Assembly (NCBI GenBank): GCA_036393835.1
Contig: DASWGI010000034.1
Coordinates: forward strand, 6,149 to 70,148
Length of the DNA: 64,000 bases
Source: Myxococcales bacterium
Lineage (GTDB): Bacteria > Myxococcota > Myxococcia > Myxococcales > 40CM-4-68-19
Direction of reading: 5' to 3'
The number at the start of each line of letters is the position of its first letter. The first letter of the stretch is position 1. Positions 16,886 through 25,033 of the stretch are shown here, piece by piece. Under the pieces are notes generated by a model that saw only the letters and a program-made list of their open reading frames with translations, made no database searches and had not been told where the DNA came from. The position numbers and the translations under genes were made by a program.

Positions 16886-18553
16886 ATGACGCGTACCCGG
16901 CTCTGGACTTTCGCTGCCCTGGTCGCGGTGGTCCTGGTGGCGAATCTGGCGCTGGTGTCGGCCCGGTTCGCGCAGACGGTCGAGGAGGGGTTGGCATCCC
17001 GCCTGACCGTGGCGTCCGGCGGATTGCGCACCCAGATCGAGCTGGTCGACCTGCGCAGCTCGCCCCGGATCGCTGCGTTCAACCCGGAGCTGGTCGAGGC
17101 GACCAAGCCGGGCGCCGACGCGTCGCAACAGCCGTCCCGGCCGGACGAGCGCGCCCTGCGGGCGGCGGCGGCCGCGCTCCAGCCCGAGCCCGATCTGCTG
17201 GTGGTGGCGACCGCCCACGCCGCCGCGGTCTCGCGCCGGGGCAAGGCCGCCTCGCTTTCCGAGGACCCGGCCCGGCTGCCGCTGATCCGGATCGCGCTGG
17301 AGGGCGGAGGCGCATCGCCCCAGTTCGTCCCCGAAGGCGGCAAGCTGTACCGGGCGGCGGCGGCGCGCATCCCGGGCAACGCCGCGGTGGTGTTGACCGG
17401 GACGCTGATCGACGACCGCTTCGCCGCGCAGCTCCGCAGCCTGGTCGACGCGGACGTGACCTTCCTCCAGCAGGGCGCGGTGGTGGCCAGCTCGCTGCCT
17501 CCCGACGATCGCGCCGCGCTGGCTGCGTGGGCGAAGGCGCCGGCCGGCGCCGGGTTCGGAGCGCTGCGCGTCGCGCTGCCCTACGTCGGGACGCGCTTCT
17601 CGGAGCACCTCCCGCTCGGCGCTCCTCGCGCCGCGACCCGGGCGGCGCTGGCGCCGCTCGCGCAGGGCATCCAGGGCGCGGTCTCCGTGCCGGCCGCCCC
17701 GCACCTCGCCTGGCTCGCTCGCTACCAGGCGTTCTACGCGGCGGGCTGGGCGCTCTTCGTCCTCGCCGCCTTCGTCTCGGGCCTGTTCGCCGGCAGCGCC
17801 CCCCGAGCGCCAGCCGCGGGCCGGCCGGCGCCGGCTCCTTCTCCGGCGCGTGCGAGGAAGGAGGAGGCCCAGGCGCGGGCAGAGCCCGCGGCTTCGGAGG
17901 CCCCCTGGAGCGACGAGCCGGTCTCCGCGCCCCGGCGGGCGGCCGCCGGGGGACGCGAGCCGCTCGATCCGGCGCTGGCGCCGATTCCCGCCAGGGACGA
18001 GGAGCCGCAGTTCGGCCAGCTTCCGGCGTCCGCGGGCGCCGATCCAATGTGGAGCGACGATTCGTTTCGGCCGCCCGGAGGCGCGCAGAGCGAGCTGGCG
18101 CCGAGCGGGCTGGAGCTCGCGAGCGAACCGCCCGCCCGGAACGCCCCCCGCGAGCAGGACGGGGAGCAGCCCGGCGCCGCGCCCGCGGCGCTCGGCGCGG
18201 GCTGGTCGGATGCCCCCGCTGCCGGTGCCGCGCCTGCTCCGGGAGGATGGGGAGCGGCGGATCCGGGCACCGCGGAGCCGTGGCCGCCGCCAGAGCCGGA
18301 AGCTCCGGCCGGCCGGGAAGCTCCGGCCGGCGGCGAAGACCCGGACGAGGCGCATTTCCGCGAGACCTTCGACAAGTTCATGGCTCTGCGCGCCGAGACC
18401 GGCGAGACGGGGAACCTCACCTACGAGAAGTTCGCCGCCAAGCTCCGTCAAAACCGCGAGCAGATGCTTTCGCGAGGCTCGGCGCGAACGGTGCGGTTCA
18501 CCGTCTACAAGAAGGACGGCCGGGCGGCGATCAAGGCGAGCGGGCTGCGCTGA
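16886..18553 (+). CDS. membrane protein with periplasmic sensor-like domain, Pro/Ala-rich cytoplasmic linker and conserved myxobacterial C-terminal domain
   Basis: ORF 16847..18553; ATG 16886 is preferred. Two TM helices (LWTFAALVAVVLVANLAL and AGWALFVLAAFVSGLF). The C-terminal HFRETFDKFMALRAETGE...LTYEKFAAKLRQNRE...VRFTVYKKDGRAAIKA resembles, from memory, the MXAN_5187-type C-terminal domain. Confidence 0.65.
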   Translation: MTRTRLWTFAALVAVVLVANLALVSARFAQTVEEGLASRLTVASGGLRTQIELVDLRSSPRIAAFNPELVEATKPGADASQQPSRPDERALRAAAAALQPEPDLLVVATAHAAAVSRRGKAASLSEDPARLPLIRIALEGGGASPQFVPEGGKLYRAAAARIPGNAAVVLTGTLIDDRFAAQLRSLVDADVTFLQQGAVVASSLPPDDRAALAAWAKAPAGAGFGALRVALPYVGTRFSEHLPLGAPRAATRAALAPLAQGIQGAVSVPAAPHLAWLARYQAFYAAGWALFVLAAFVSGLFAGSAPRAPAAGRPAPAPSPARARKEEAQARAEPAASEAPWSDEPVSAPRRAAAGGREPLDPALAPIPARDEEPQFGQLPASAGADPMWSDDSFRPPGGAQSELAPSGLELASEPPARNAPREQDGEQPGAAPAALGAGWSDAPAAGAAPAPGGWGAADPGTAEPWPPPEPEAPAGREAPAGGEDPDEAHFRETFDKFMALRAETGETGNLTYEKFAAKLRQNREQMLSRGSARTVRFTVYKKDGRAAIKASGLR

Positions 18554-18575
18554 GCGCCGGGACTCCCGCCCGCGA

Positions 18576-21500
18576 CTACTTCGGCTCTTTGTAGAAGTCG
18601 TCGGGAGTGGGCGCCGGCGCGTCCAGCTGCTGCTGGGTCGGCTCGGTGCCCGCAAGGAAGCACTCCCGCACCGCGAACGGATCGTTCTCCCCCGCGAGCG
18701 CGCCCGAGCTGCGGTTCACCCTGAGGCAGCTCACCCCGGGCGCCGGCTGCGGCCACTCCTCGACCTCCGTCCCCGAGGTCGCCGCCCGCATCCACGACAG
18801 CCAGATGGGACCCGCGCAGTGCCCTCCCGTCTCGTAGTTGCCCATCATCCGGTGGTCGTCGAATCCGACCCAGGCTCCGGCGATGATCGACGGCGTGAAC
18901 CCGATGAACCACCCGTCGCGGTGCTCGTTGGCGGTCCCCGTCTTGCCGGCGATCGGCCGCCCGAGCGCGGTCAGCGAGTGCGCGGTGCCCTCCGGGTCGT
19001 CGATCACCGACCGCATGAGGTCCGCGGTGAGGTAGGCCACGTCCGGGCGCATGCTCTGCTGCAGGTCCGGCTGCGCCGCCTGCAGCGTGGCGCCGTCTCG
19101 CGAGACGATGCGCCGGACGAGCACCGGCGCCGCCCTGCGTCCCTGCGAGGCGATGGTCGCGTACGCGTTCACCATCTCCAGCACGCCCACCTCGCCGGTG
19201 CCGAGCGCCGCCGTGTAGCTCTGCGGGATCTCGCTGGAGAGTCCCGCCGCCATCGCCTCGGAGCGCACCTTGTCGAGCCCGACGCTGAGCAGGAGCTTCA
19301 CCGCGACCGTGTTCTTCGACTCCGCCAGCGCCTTGCGCAGGGTCAGCGGGCCGGCGAACTCGTCCTTCTCGAAGTTCTGCGGCTTCCAGGGCTTGCCGGT
19401 CCAGGGGTCGACGATCACCTCCGGCGAGTCGTCCACCTTGGTCACGGGCGTGTACTTCCCGCTCTCCAGCGCGGCCGCGTAGAGGAACGGCTTGAAGCCC
19501 GAGCCGGGCTGCCGCCGCGCCTGGGTGGCGCGGTTGAACGAGCTGAGCGCCTCGTCGTACCCGCCGACCAGGGCCAAGACCTGACGACTGCGCAGGTCCA
19601 TGCCGATGAACGCGCCTTGCACCGCGGGCGTCTGCTCCAGCGCGAGATCGAGCCGCGTGACCCGCAGCCGGTTCGGCGCGTCGCGCGTTGCCGAGAACCG
19701 CAGCACGCGCACCGGCACCACGTCGCCGACGGAGAGCACGTCGAGCGCGCTGCGCGGCGGCGGGGTCGGGTGCTCGGGTTGGAACTCGCGCGCCCACGAC
19801 ATGGTCGAGAAGGGGACGGTGCCCTGCGCGGAGGGAGCCAGCTCCACCCGCGCCTCGCGCGCGCTCACCGAGACCACGATGCCGCCGTAGATCGCGTTCT
19901 GCTCCAGCGTCCGGGTGCGCGCCGCGCGCGCGAACGAGTCGGGCTGCAGCGCTTCCTTCTCGGAGATGCCCTCCAGGTCGAAGGCCTCCACCGCGTCCGG
20001 CCCCCTGGCGACCTGCGTGTACCTTCGCGCCAGCGCGGCGCGGAAGTCGTCCAGGCGCGAGGCGTCGAGCCGGATGGGCGCGCCGCGCCAGCCCTGCCGC
20101 TTGTCCACCGCGCGCAGCCCCTCCTGCACCGCCTGCTCGGCCGCCGCCTGGACCCGCGGGTCCATCGCCACTTCCACGGTCATCCCGCTGGTCTCGACGG
20201 CCGTGTCGCCGTACTGCGCGATGAGCTGCCTGCGCACCTCCTCCAGGTACCACCCGCCGGGCGGGTCGGGAGGGAGGGCGGGCAGCGAGATCGCCTTCTC
20301 CACCTCGGCGTCGTGGTCCGCGCGCGAGATGTAGTGGTTCGCCAGCATGCGATCGAGCACGTAGATCTGGCGCCGCTTGGCGCGGTCCGGGTGCCGCCGC
20401 GGATTGATCCGCGCGGGGTTCTGCGGCAGCCCGGCGAGGATCGCCGCCTCGCCCAGGTCGATGTCCCAGACGTGCTTGTTGAAGTAGTAGAGGGACGCCT
20501 CCTCGACTCCGTAGCGCGCGCGGCCGAAGTTGATCTGGTTCAGGTAGAGGAAGAGGATGTCGTCCTTGGAGAGGTTCTTCTCCAGGCGCATCGAGAGGAG
20601 GATCTCCTTCAGCTTGCGCCGCCAGCGCTTCTCGCTGCCGAGGAAGAAGTTCTTCACCACCTGCTGCGTGATGGTGGAGGCCCCCAGGCGCTTCTGCCCG
20701 CTGAGCGCGTCGACGATCGCGGCGCGGACCAGCGAGAACGGGTTGAAGCCGGGGTGCTTGTAGAAGTCCTTGTCCTCCGCCGAGACCACCGCCTGCACGA
20801 GCACGCGCGGGATCTTGTCCATCGAGACGACGGTGCGGCGCTCCCGGTAGAACTGCCCGACCACGGTGCCGTCCTGGGCCACCACCTTGGTGGACACCAT
20901 CGGGTGGTAGTCCTTCACGCTGTCGAAGGTGGGGATCTCGCGCGCGAGGTACAGGTAGCCGGCGACGAGGCCCAGCAGCAGGAGCGCGGCGCCCGCGCCG
21001 CAGATCCAGGCGGCGCGGCGCAACCAGATCTTCCAGCGCGGCGGCCCGGCCGGGACGTGGCCTTCGTAGTCGTCCGCCGGCACCGGGCGGTAGGGCTCTA
21101 CCTCGGGCTCGGAAGGCTCGGCCGGCGGCGGCGGCTTCGGGGTGGGGCGCGCGCGCAGGAACGCCGTCGCTCCCGGAGAGTCGTCCTCCGACGGAACGGG
21201 CTCGGGCTCGGGCTCCGGCGGCTCGGGCTCCGGCTCGTCCGGGATCTCCGCGGCGTGCTCGTCCCACCAGGCGCCGCGGCGGCCCTTCTTCTGCGCCGGG
21301 GCGGGCAGCGCCACGACGCGCTTGGGAGGAGGAGGCGGGGCGGGCTCCTCGTCGGGGAGCGAGACCTGCAGCCCCTTGCGGGGCGCGAGCGGCGCTTGCT
21401 CCTTGCGGGGGCGCTGCTGCCCACCCGGGCCGTCGAGGCGCACGAACGCGGTACCGCCCGGCACGTCGTCGGCGGCGGGAGCGGGTTGCGCGCGCATCGC

Positions 21501-21725
21501 GACCGTGCTGCCCGGCGACTGCTCCGCGGCCGGCGGAGGCGCGGCCGGCCGGCGCGGCGGCGGGGCGCGCAGGAATGCCGTGGCGCCGTCGCTTCCGGGG
21601 TCGTCGGGGGTGACCTCCACCGTGTCCGGCGAGTCGCCTCGCGGCTCCTCCTCGCTGGCCGGCCCGGTGACGAGCGTGGAGGTGGCGGAGTCGGGCGGGC
21701 TCGCCGGGCGCTTCGGGGCGGACAT
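18576..21725 (-). CDS. mrcA: penicillin-binding protein 1A (bifunctional glycosyltransferase/transpeptidase) with long disordered N-terminus
   Basis: 1049 aa. GT51 motifs AVVSAEDKDFYKHPGF and GASTITQQVVKN. Transpeptidase motifs RQPGSGFKP (SxxK), SKN and KTGT. The first roughly 230 aa are Pro/Ala/Glu-rich. Confidence 0.9.
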   Translation of the reverse strand: MSAPKRPASPPDSATSTLVTGPASEEEPRGDSPDTVEVTPDDPGSDGATAFLRAPPPRRPAAPPPAAEQSPGSTVAMRAQPAPAADDVPGGTAFVRLDGPGGQQRPRKEQAPLAPRKGLQVSLPDEEPAPPPPPKRVVALPAPAQKKGRRGAWWDEHAAEIPDEPEPEPPEPEPEPVPSEDDSPGATAFLRARPTPKPPPPAEPSEPEVEPYRPVPADDYEGHVPAGPPRWKIWLRRAAWICGAGAALLLLGLVAGYLYLAREIPTFDSVKDYHPMVSTKVVAQDGTVVGQFYRERRTVVSMDKIPRVLVQAVVSAEDKDFYKHPGFNPFSLVRAAIVDALSGQKRLGASTITQQVVKNFFLGSEKRWRRKLKEILLSMRLEKNLSKDDILFLYLNQINFGRARYGVEEASLYYFNKHVWDIDLGEAAILAGLPQNPARINPRRHPDRAKRRQIYVLDRMLANHYISRADHDAEVEKAISLPALPPDPPGGWYLEEVRRQLIAQYGDTAVETSGMTVEVAMDPRVQAAAEQAVQEGLRAVDKRQGWRGAPIRLDASRLDDFRAALARRYTQVARGPDAVEAFDLEGISEKEALQPDSFARAARTRTLEQNAIYGGIVVSVSAREARVELAPSAQGTVPFSTMSWAREFQPEHPTPPPRSALDVLSVGDVVPVRVLRFSATRDAPNRLRVTRLDLALEQTPAVQGAFIGMDLRSRQVLALVGGYDEALSSFNRATQARRQPGSGFKPFLYAAALESGKYTPVTKVDDSPEVIVDPWTGKPWKPQNFEKDEFAGPLTLRKALAESKNTVAVKLLLSVGLDKVRSEAMAAGLSSEIPQSYTAALGTGEVGVLEMVNAYATIASQGRRAAPVLVRRIVSRDGATLQAAQPDLQQSMRPDVAYLTADLMRSVIDDPEGTAHSLTALGRPIAGKTGTANEHRDGWFIGFTPSIIAGAWVGFDDHRMMGNYETGGHCAGPIWLSWMRAATSGTEVEEWPQPAPGVSCLRVNRSSGALAGENDPFAVRECFLAGTEPTQQQLDAPAPTPDDFYKEPK

Positions 21726-21840
21726 CGCGGAGCGAAGGATGCCTCAGTTCGCCGCGCCGGGCTACCCGATCGGCGGCCGAGGTCGGTCGATGTCGAGGTC
21801 GAAAAGACGCCGCGCTCGCGTTTTCCGGTACAACTGGCCC

Positions 21841-22116
21841 GTGCCGCCCGCGCCGAGTTGGTACGTCTACCTGTTGCGTTGCGGGGATGGCAGTCTCTAC
21901 GCTGGCGCGACGACGGACGTGGAATCGCGGCTCGCCGCGCATAGCAAAGGGAAGGGCGCCCGATACACGCGCGGGCGCGGGCCGCTCTCGCTCGTGTTCT
22001 GCGAGCCTCACCTGGACAGGGCGGCCGCGCTGCGGCGCGAGCGGGAGCTGAAGCGGCTCCGCCGGGCGGACAAGCTGGCTCTCCTCCGCGCCGGGAGGCC
22101 ACCTCGTCCCGCCTAG
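21841..22116 (+). CDS. GIY-YIG nuclease-family small protein
   Basis: Tail of ORF 21142..22116. WYVYLLRCGDGSLYAGATTDVESRLAAHSKGKGARYTR is the standard GIY-YIG (URI) domain. The start is uncertain: GTG 21841, ATG 21790 or ATG 21739. Confidence 0.75.
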   Translation: MPPAPSWYVYLLRCGDGSLYAGATTDVESRLAAHSKGKGARYTRGRGPLSLVFCEPHLDRAAALRRERELKRLRRADKLALLRAGRPPRPA

Positions 22117-22577
22117 CGCAGGCGGCCTCCGGCTCCTGCTGCAGCCCCCGCCAGGCGCACCAAGGGCCCCACCGCCTCGGCGACGGCCCGGACGCGCGCT
22201 TCGTGCTCCGAGGGGAAGCGGCCGGTTTCGCGCGAATCGATGTCGATCTGCCCGACGATCTCCCCGCGATCGCGCACCAGGACGATCAGCTCGGAGCGCA
22301 CGTCGGCGCTGCAGGCCAGGTACTCGGGCTGGCTGGCCACGTCGCCGACGTTCAGGTCCCTCTCCTCGCGCACGGCCCGGCCGCACACCCCGCGCCCGCG
22401 CGGGATCAACACGTGCTCGGTGGGCGGTCCCACGAAGGGCCCCAGCACCAGCTCGTCGCCGCGGAGGAAGTAGATGCCGGTCCAGGAATGGCGCGCAAAT
22501 GCGCCGTGAAGAGCTTCCATCGCCGCCTGCAACGCCGCCGTCGCGACCTGCGCCTCGATCGGCACCATGCCCGGCAC
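22113..22577 (-). CDS. GAF domain protein (free-Met-sulfoxide-reductase-like)
   Basis: 154 aa. WTGIYFLRGDELVLGPFVGPP...GRGVCGRAV...VGDV...YLACSADVRSELIVLV...G.IDIDS is the typical single-GAF/MsrC-like pattern. The start is GTG 22577 or ATG 22568. Confidence 0.8.
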   Translation of the reverse strand: MPGMVPIEAQVATAALQAAMEALHGAFARHSWTGIYFLRGDELVLGPFVGPPTEHVLIPRGRGVCGRAVREERDLNVGDVASQPEYLACSADVRSELIVLVRDRGEIVGQIDIDSRETGRFPSEHEARVRAVAEAVGPLVRLAGAAAGAGGRLR

Positions 22578-22631
22578 AGTACCATTCGAGGGCGGGGTGG
22601 AGGTCGGGGCCGAGGTAATTCGCCGCGCCCA

Positions 22632-22666
22632 AGCTTGCTTGACAGCCCCTCAGGCCGTGGTAAGCG
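22632..22666 (+). promoter_or_regulatory. promoter candidate (AGCTTGCTTGACAGCCC 17-mer incl. TTGACA; -10 TAAGCG) ending 7 nt before the pal ATG
   Basis: TTGACA at 22639-22644, a 16-nt spacer, then TAAGCG at 22661-22666. The 17-mer at 22632-22648 is identical to 35040-35056 upstream of mraZ. There is no SD before ATG 22674. Confidence 0.4.
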
Positions 22667-22673
22667 CGCGCAC

Positions 22674-23432
22674 ATGCGCCGTCTCGCCCCGCTGGCCCTG
22701 GCCCTGCTGTTCGGCTGTCCCAAGCCTCCCGCGTACCCGGAGTGCCGCAACGACGACGACTGCGGCGGGCACGCCGAGGTGTGCATCAACGGCGTCTGCC
22801 GCGAGTGCCGCGACGACGCGCAGTGCGCGAAGAAGCCCGGCACCGCCTGCGTGAACAACGCCTGCCAGCCCAAGGCGCAGTGCCAGCGGAACCAGGACTG
22901 CCCGCAGGGGCAGAAGTGCGCGCAGAACAAGTGCGTGCCGGAGTGCACCGAGGCCACCGCGCAGCAGGACTGCGGGGCGGGGAAGAAGTGCCTCTCCGGC
23001 CGGTGCGCGGCGCCCGACGCTTGCAACGTGGACGCTGACTGCGGCGCGGGCCAGGCCTGCGTCCAGAACCGCTGCGCGGCGGCGCAGGCTTCTTGCCGGC
23101 TGGATACCGTCTACTTCGGGTTCGACGACTCCAGCCTGACGCCGGAAGCGCGCAGCACGCTCGACAGCGACTACCAGTGCCTGCGGCAGCGCGGGAATCC
23201 GCCCTCCACCATCGCCGGGCACACCGACGAGCGAGGCACCACCGAGTACAACCTCGCCCTCGGCCAGCGCCGCGCGGAGTCGGTGCGGAAGTACCTGGCG
23301 GGGTTGGGCGCCGACGCGAGCAAGATGAAGGTGGTGAGCCACGGCAAGGAGCGCCCCGCCGACCCCGGCCACGACGAGACGGCGTGGGCCAAGAACCGCC
23401 GCGCCGAGATCACCGCCGGGGCGGCGCAGTGA
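22674..23432 (+). CDS. pal: peptidoglycan-associated lipoprotein (OmpA-C family) with N-terminal Cys-rich repeat region
   Basis: Real part of ORF 22203..23432, starting at ATG 22674. Lipobox LALLFGC. About 110 aa of CxxxxxC-type repeats (DCGGHAEVCINGVCREC...). OmpA-like domain: VYFGFDDSSL, IAGHTDERGTTEYNLALGQRRA and NRRAEI. Confidence 0.85.
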   Translation: MRRLAPLALALLFGCPKPPAYPECRNDDDCGGHAEVCINGVCRECRDDAQCAKKPGTACVNNACQPKAQCQRNQDCPQGQKCAQNKCVPECTEATAQQDCGAGKKCLSGRCAAPDACNVDADCGAGQACVQNRCAAAQASCRLDTVYFGFDDSSLTPEARSTLDSDYQCLRQRGNPPSTIAGHTDERGTTEYNLALGQRRAESVRKYLAGLGADASKMKVVSHGKERPADPGHDETAWAKNRRAEITAGAAQ

Positions 23433-24244
23433 GGAGGCTCCTGCCGTTCTGCCTGGCCCTCTGCGCCGCCTGCATCACCACGCGCCAGGAAGGGGAGGAG
23501 ATACGCAAGCGCATCGACGCCCTGGAGAAGGACGCCAAGGCGCAGAAGGAGGCCACCGCCGCCGACCGGCAGAAGCTCCAGGCCGAGCAGGCGGCGAAGC
23601 TCAAGGAAGTGCAGGACGCGATGGACGCGTTGAACCGGGCGGCGCGGAAGAGCGGCGCGGACCTCGCCGTCGACCTGGAGAAGGCGCAGAACGACCTGGC
23701 GCAGATCCGGGGCATGCTCGAGGTGTCGCAGCACCGCCTCGACCAGATGGACCAGGCCAACGCCGAGCGCGACCGGAGGATCGACGAGAACGCCCGGTTC
23801 GTCGCCAACCGCCAGAGGGAGCTGGAGCACCCCAGCGACAAGGCGGGCCTGTACGCGGCGGCGCGCAAGAAGCTGGACGCGGGCGACACCGGCGCCGCGC
23901 GCCAGTTCCTCACCGAGTTCCTCGCCAAGTACGGCAAGGACGAGCTGGCGGGGAACGCGCAGTATTGGCTGGGCGAGACGTACTACGGGGAGAAGCGCTG
24001 GAACGACGCCATCGTCGAGTTCCAGAAGGTCCTCAAGGACCACCGCGGCAGCGAGAAGACGCCCGACGCGCTGCTCAAGATCGGCATGGCCTTCCAGAAC
24101 CAGAAGGACTGCAAGAACGCGCTGCTCTTCTTCGACGAGGTCGAGCAGGCCTACAAGTCGTCGCCGGCGGCCAAGGTGGCGCGCGAGCAGGAAGCGCAGT
24201 GCAAGAACCCGAAGAAGAAGGCCGCCGGGAAGCCTTCGCGCTGA
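23429..24244 (+). CDS. cpoB: Tol-Pal system protein CpoB/YbgF (coiled coil + TPR)
   Basis: GTG 23429 overlaps the pal TGA (GTGA). Lipoprotein-like signal LPFCLALCAAC, then a coiled coil. The C-terminal YbgF signature is AQYWLGETYYGEKRWNDAIVEFQKVLKDH..S.K.PDALLKIG. Confidence 0.85.
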   Translation: MRRLLPFCLALCAACITTRQEGEEIRKRIDALEKDAKAQKEATAADRQKLQAEQAAKLKEVQDAMDALNRAARKSGADLAVDLEKAQNDLAQIRGMLEVSQHRLDQMDQANAERDRRIDENARFVANRQRELEHPSDKAGLYAAARKKLDAGDTGAARQFLTEFLAKYGKDELAGNAQYWLGETYYGEKRWNDAIVEFQKVLKDHRGSEKTPDALLKIGMAFQNQKDCKNALLFFDEVEQAYKSSPAAKVAREQEAQCKNPKKKAAGKPSR

Positions 24245-24259
24245 AAACCCGCGCTCCGC

Positions 24260-24568
24260 TCAGGGCATCGTGACCACGGTCAGGTCGCGGAGCGGGACGC
24301 ACTGGCAGGCGAGGCGCTTTCCGCCCTTCACCAGCCGGCGGTGGAAGAGCTTCTCCTTCCAGGTGGGTGGGCTCACGGCGGCCGGGTCCTTGCCGCGCAG
24401 GAAGATGCCGCAAGCCATCCCCGAGCATCGTCCCTTCCCGTCGCACGGATGGATTGCCGCGAAGCCGCGCTGCAACACGATGCCGGCCTGCGAGGCCGCG
24501 TCGTGGACGGTCGACCCTTGCGGGATCTCGACCGTGACCGACTCCATCTCGAACGTGACCTTGGGCAC
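24260..24568 (-). CDS. 2Fe-2S ferredoxin-like protein
   Basis: 102 aa with a GTG start. The beta-grasp-like N-terminus is PKVTFEMESVTVEIPQGSTV. Cys cluster CDGKGRCSGMAC ... RLACQC, where RLACQ is typical of plant-type Fer2 domains. The Cys spacing is atypical. Confidence 0.7.
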   Translation of the reverse strand: MPKVTFEMESVTVEIPQGSTVHDAASQAGIVLQRGFAAIHPCDGKGRCSGMACGIFLRGKDPAAVSPPTWKEKLFHRRLVKGGKRLACQCVPLRDLTVVTMP

Positions 24569-24580
24569 GGGCCTGTCGGT

Positions 24581-25033
24581 TTACAGGCGGAAGCGGTGCC
24601 CTTGCAACAATCTGTCCTCGATCTTCTCGAGCAGCGCCACCAGGTCGCTGCGCGCGAACTTGCCCTGCGCCAGCTCCTGGAAGGCGAGCGCGGCGTCCAC
24701 CAGGTACTGGATGACGAAGTGCGCCGTCGTCTCCTCCAGCTCGTCGGAGAGCAGCTCCCGGTGCGGGCCGCTGCGCCAGAACCGGTCGATCAGGTCGTAA
24801 TCGCGGAGCAGCTCGCGCCGGGCCATCTCGCAGGCGACCCGCAGCGTCGGAACGCCCGGCGCCGAGGGCCGCTCGATGGCCGCGCGGAAACGGCGCCGGG
24901 CCGACTCGTCGAGCCACTCGTCGAGCGCCGGAGGCCAGGCGCGCAGCTCGGCGGCCACGCGGTCCGCGACCTGGTCGAGCACGTAGTAGTCCTTCAGCGG
25001 CTTGCGGTCGACGAGGTGGTCCCAGCGTCCCAT
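24581..25033 (-). CDS. hypothetical protein (helical, about 150 aa)
   Basis: Tail of ORF 24581..26497, starting at ATG 25033, which overlaps the upstream gene's TGA (TGATG). No family recognised. Confidence 0.6.
   Translation of the reverse strand: MGRWDHLVDRKPLKDYYVLDQVADRVAAELRAWPPALDEWLDESARRRFRAAIERPSAPGVPTLRVACEMARRELLRDYDLIDRFWRSGPHRELLSDELEETTAHFVIQYLVDAALAFQELAQGKFARSDLVALLEKIEDRLLQGHRFRL

Noticed and set aside
21841-22116. GIY-YIG gene as a homing endonuclease or mobile-element marker
   Set aside because: It is a roughly 90-aa stand-alone URI-domain protein of the common bacterial housekeeping type. There is no intron/intein context, no flanking repeats and no integrase.
22113-22116. 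Convergent GIY-YIG and GAF genes share the palindrome CTAG, giving both TAG stops
   Set aside because: It is real in the sequence but most simply a coincidence of tight convergent packing. No functional implication can be supported.
17850-22632. ORFs 17850..21944 (+, 1364 aa) and 18505..22632 (-, 1375 aa) overlapping PBP1A
   Set aside because: The frame 18576..21725 (-) carries all GT51 and transpeptidase motifs. The other two are alternate-frame or antisense low-complexity translations.
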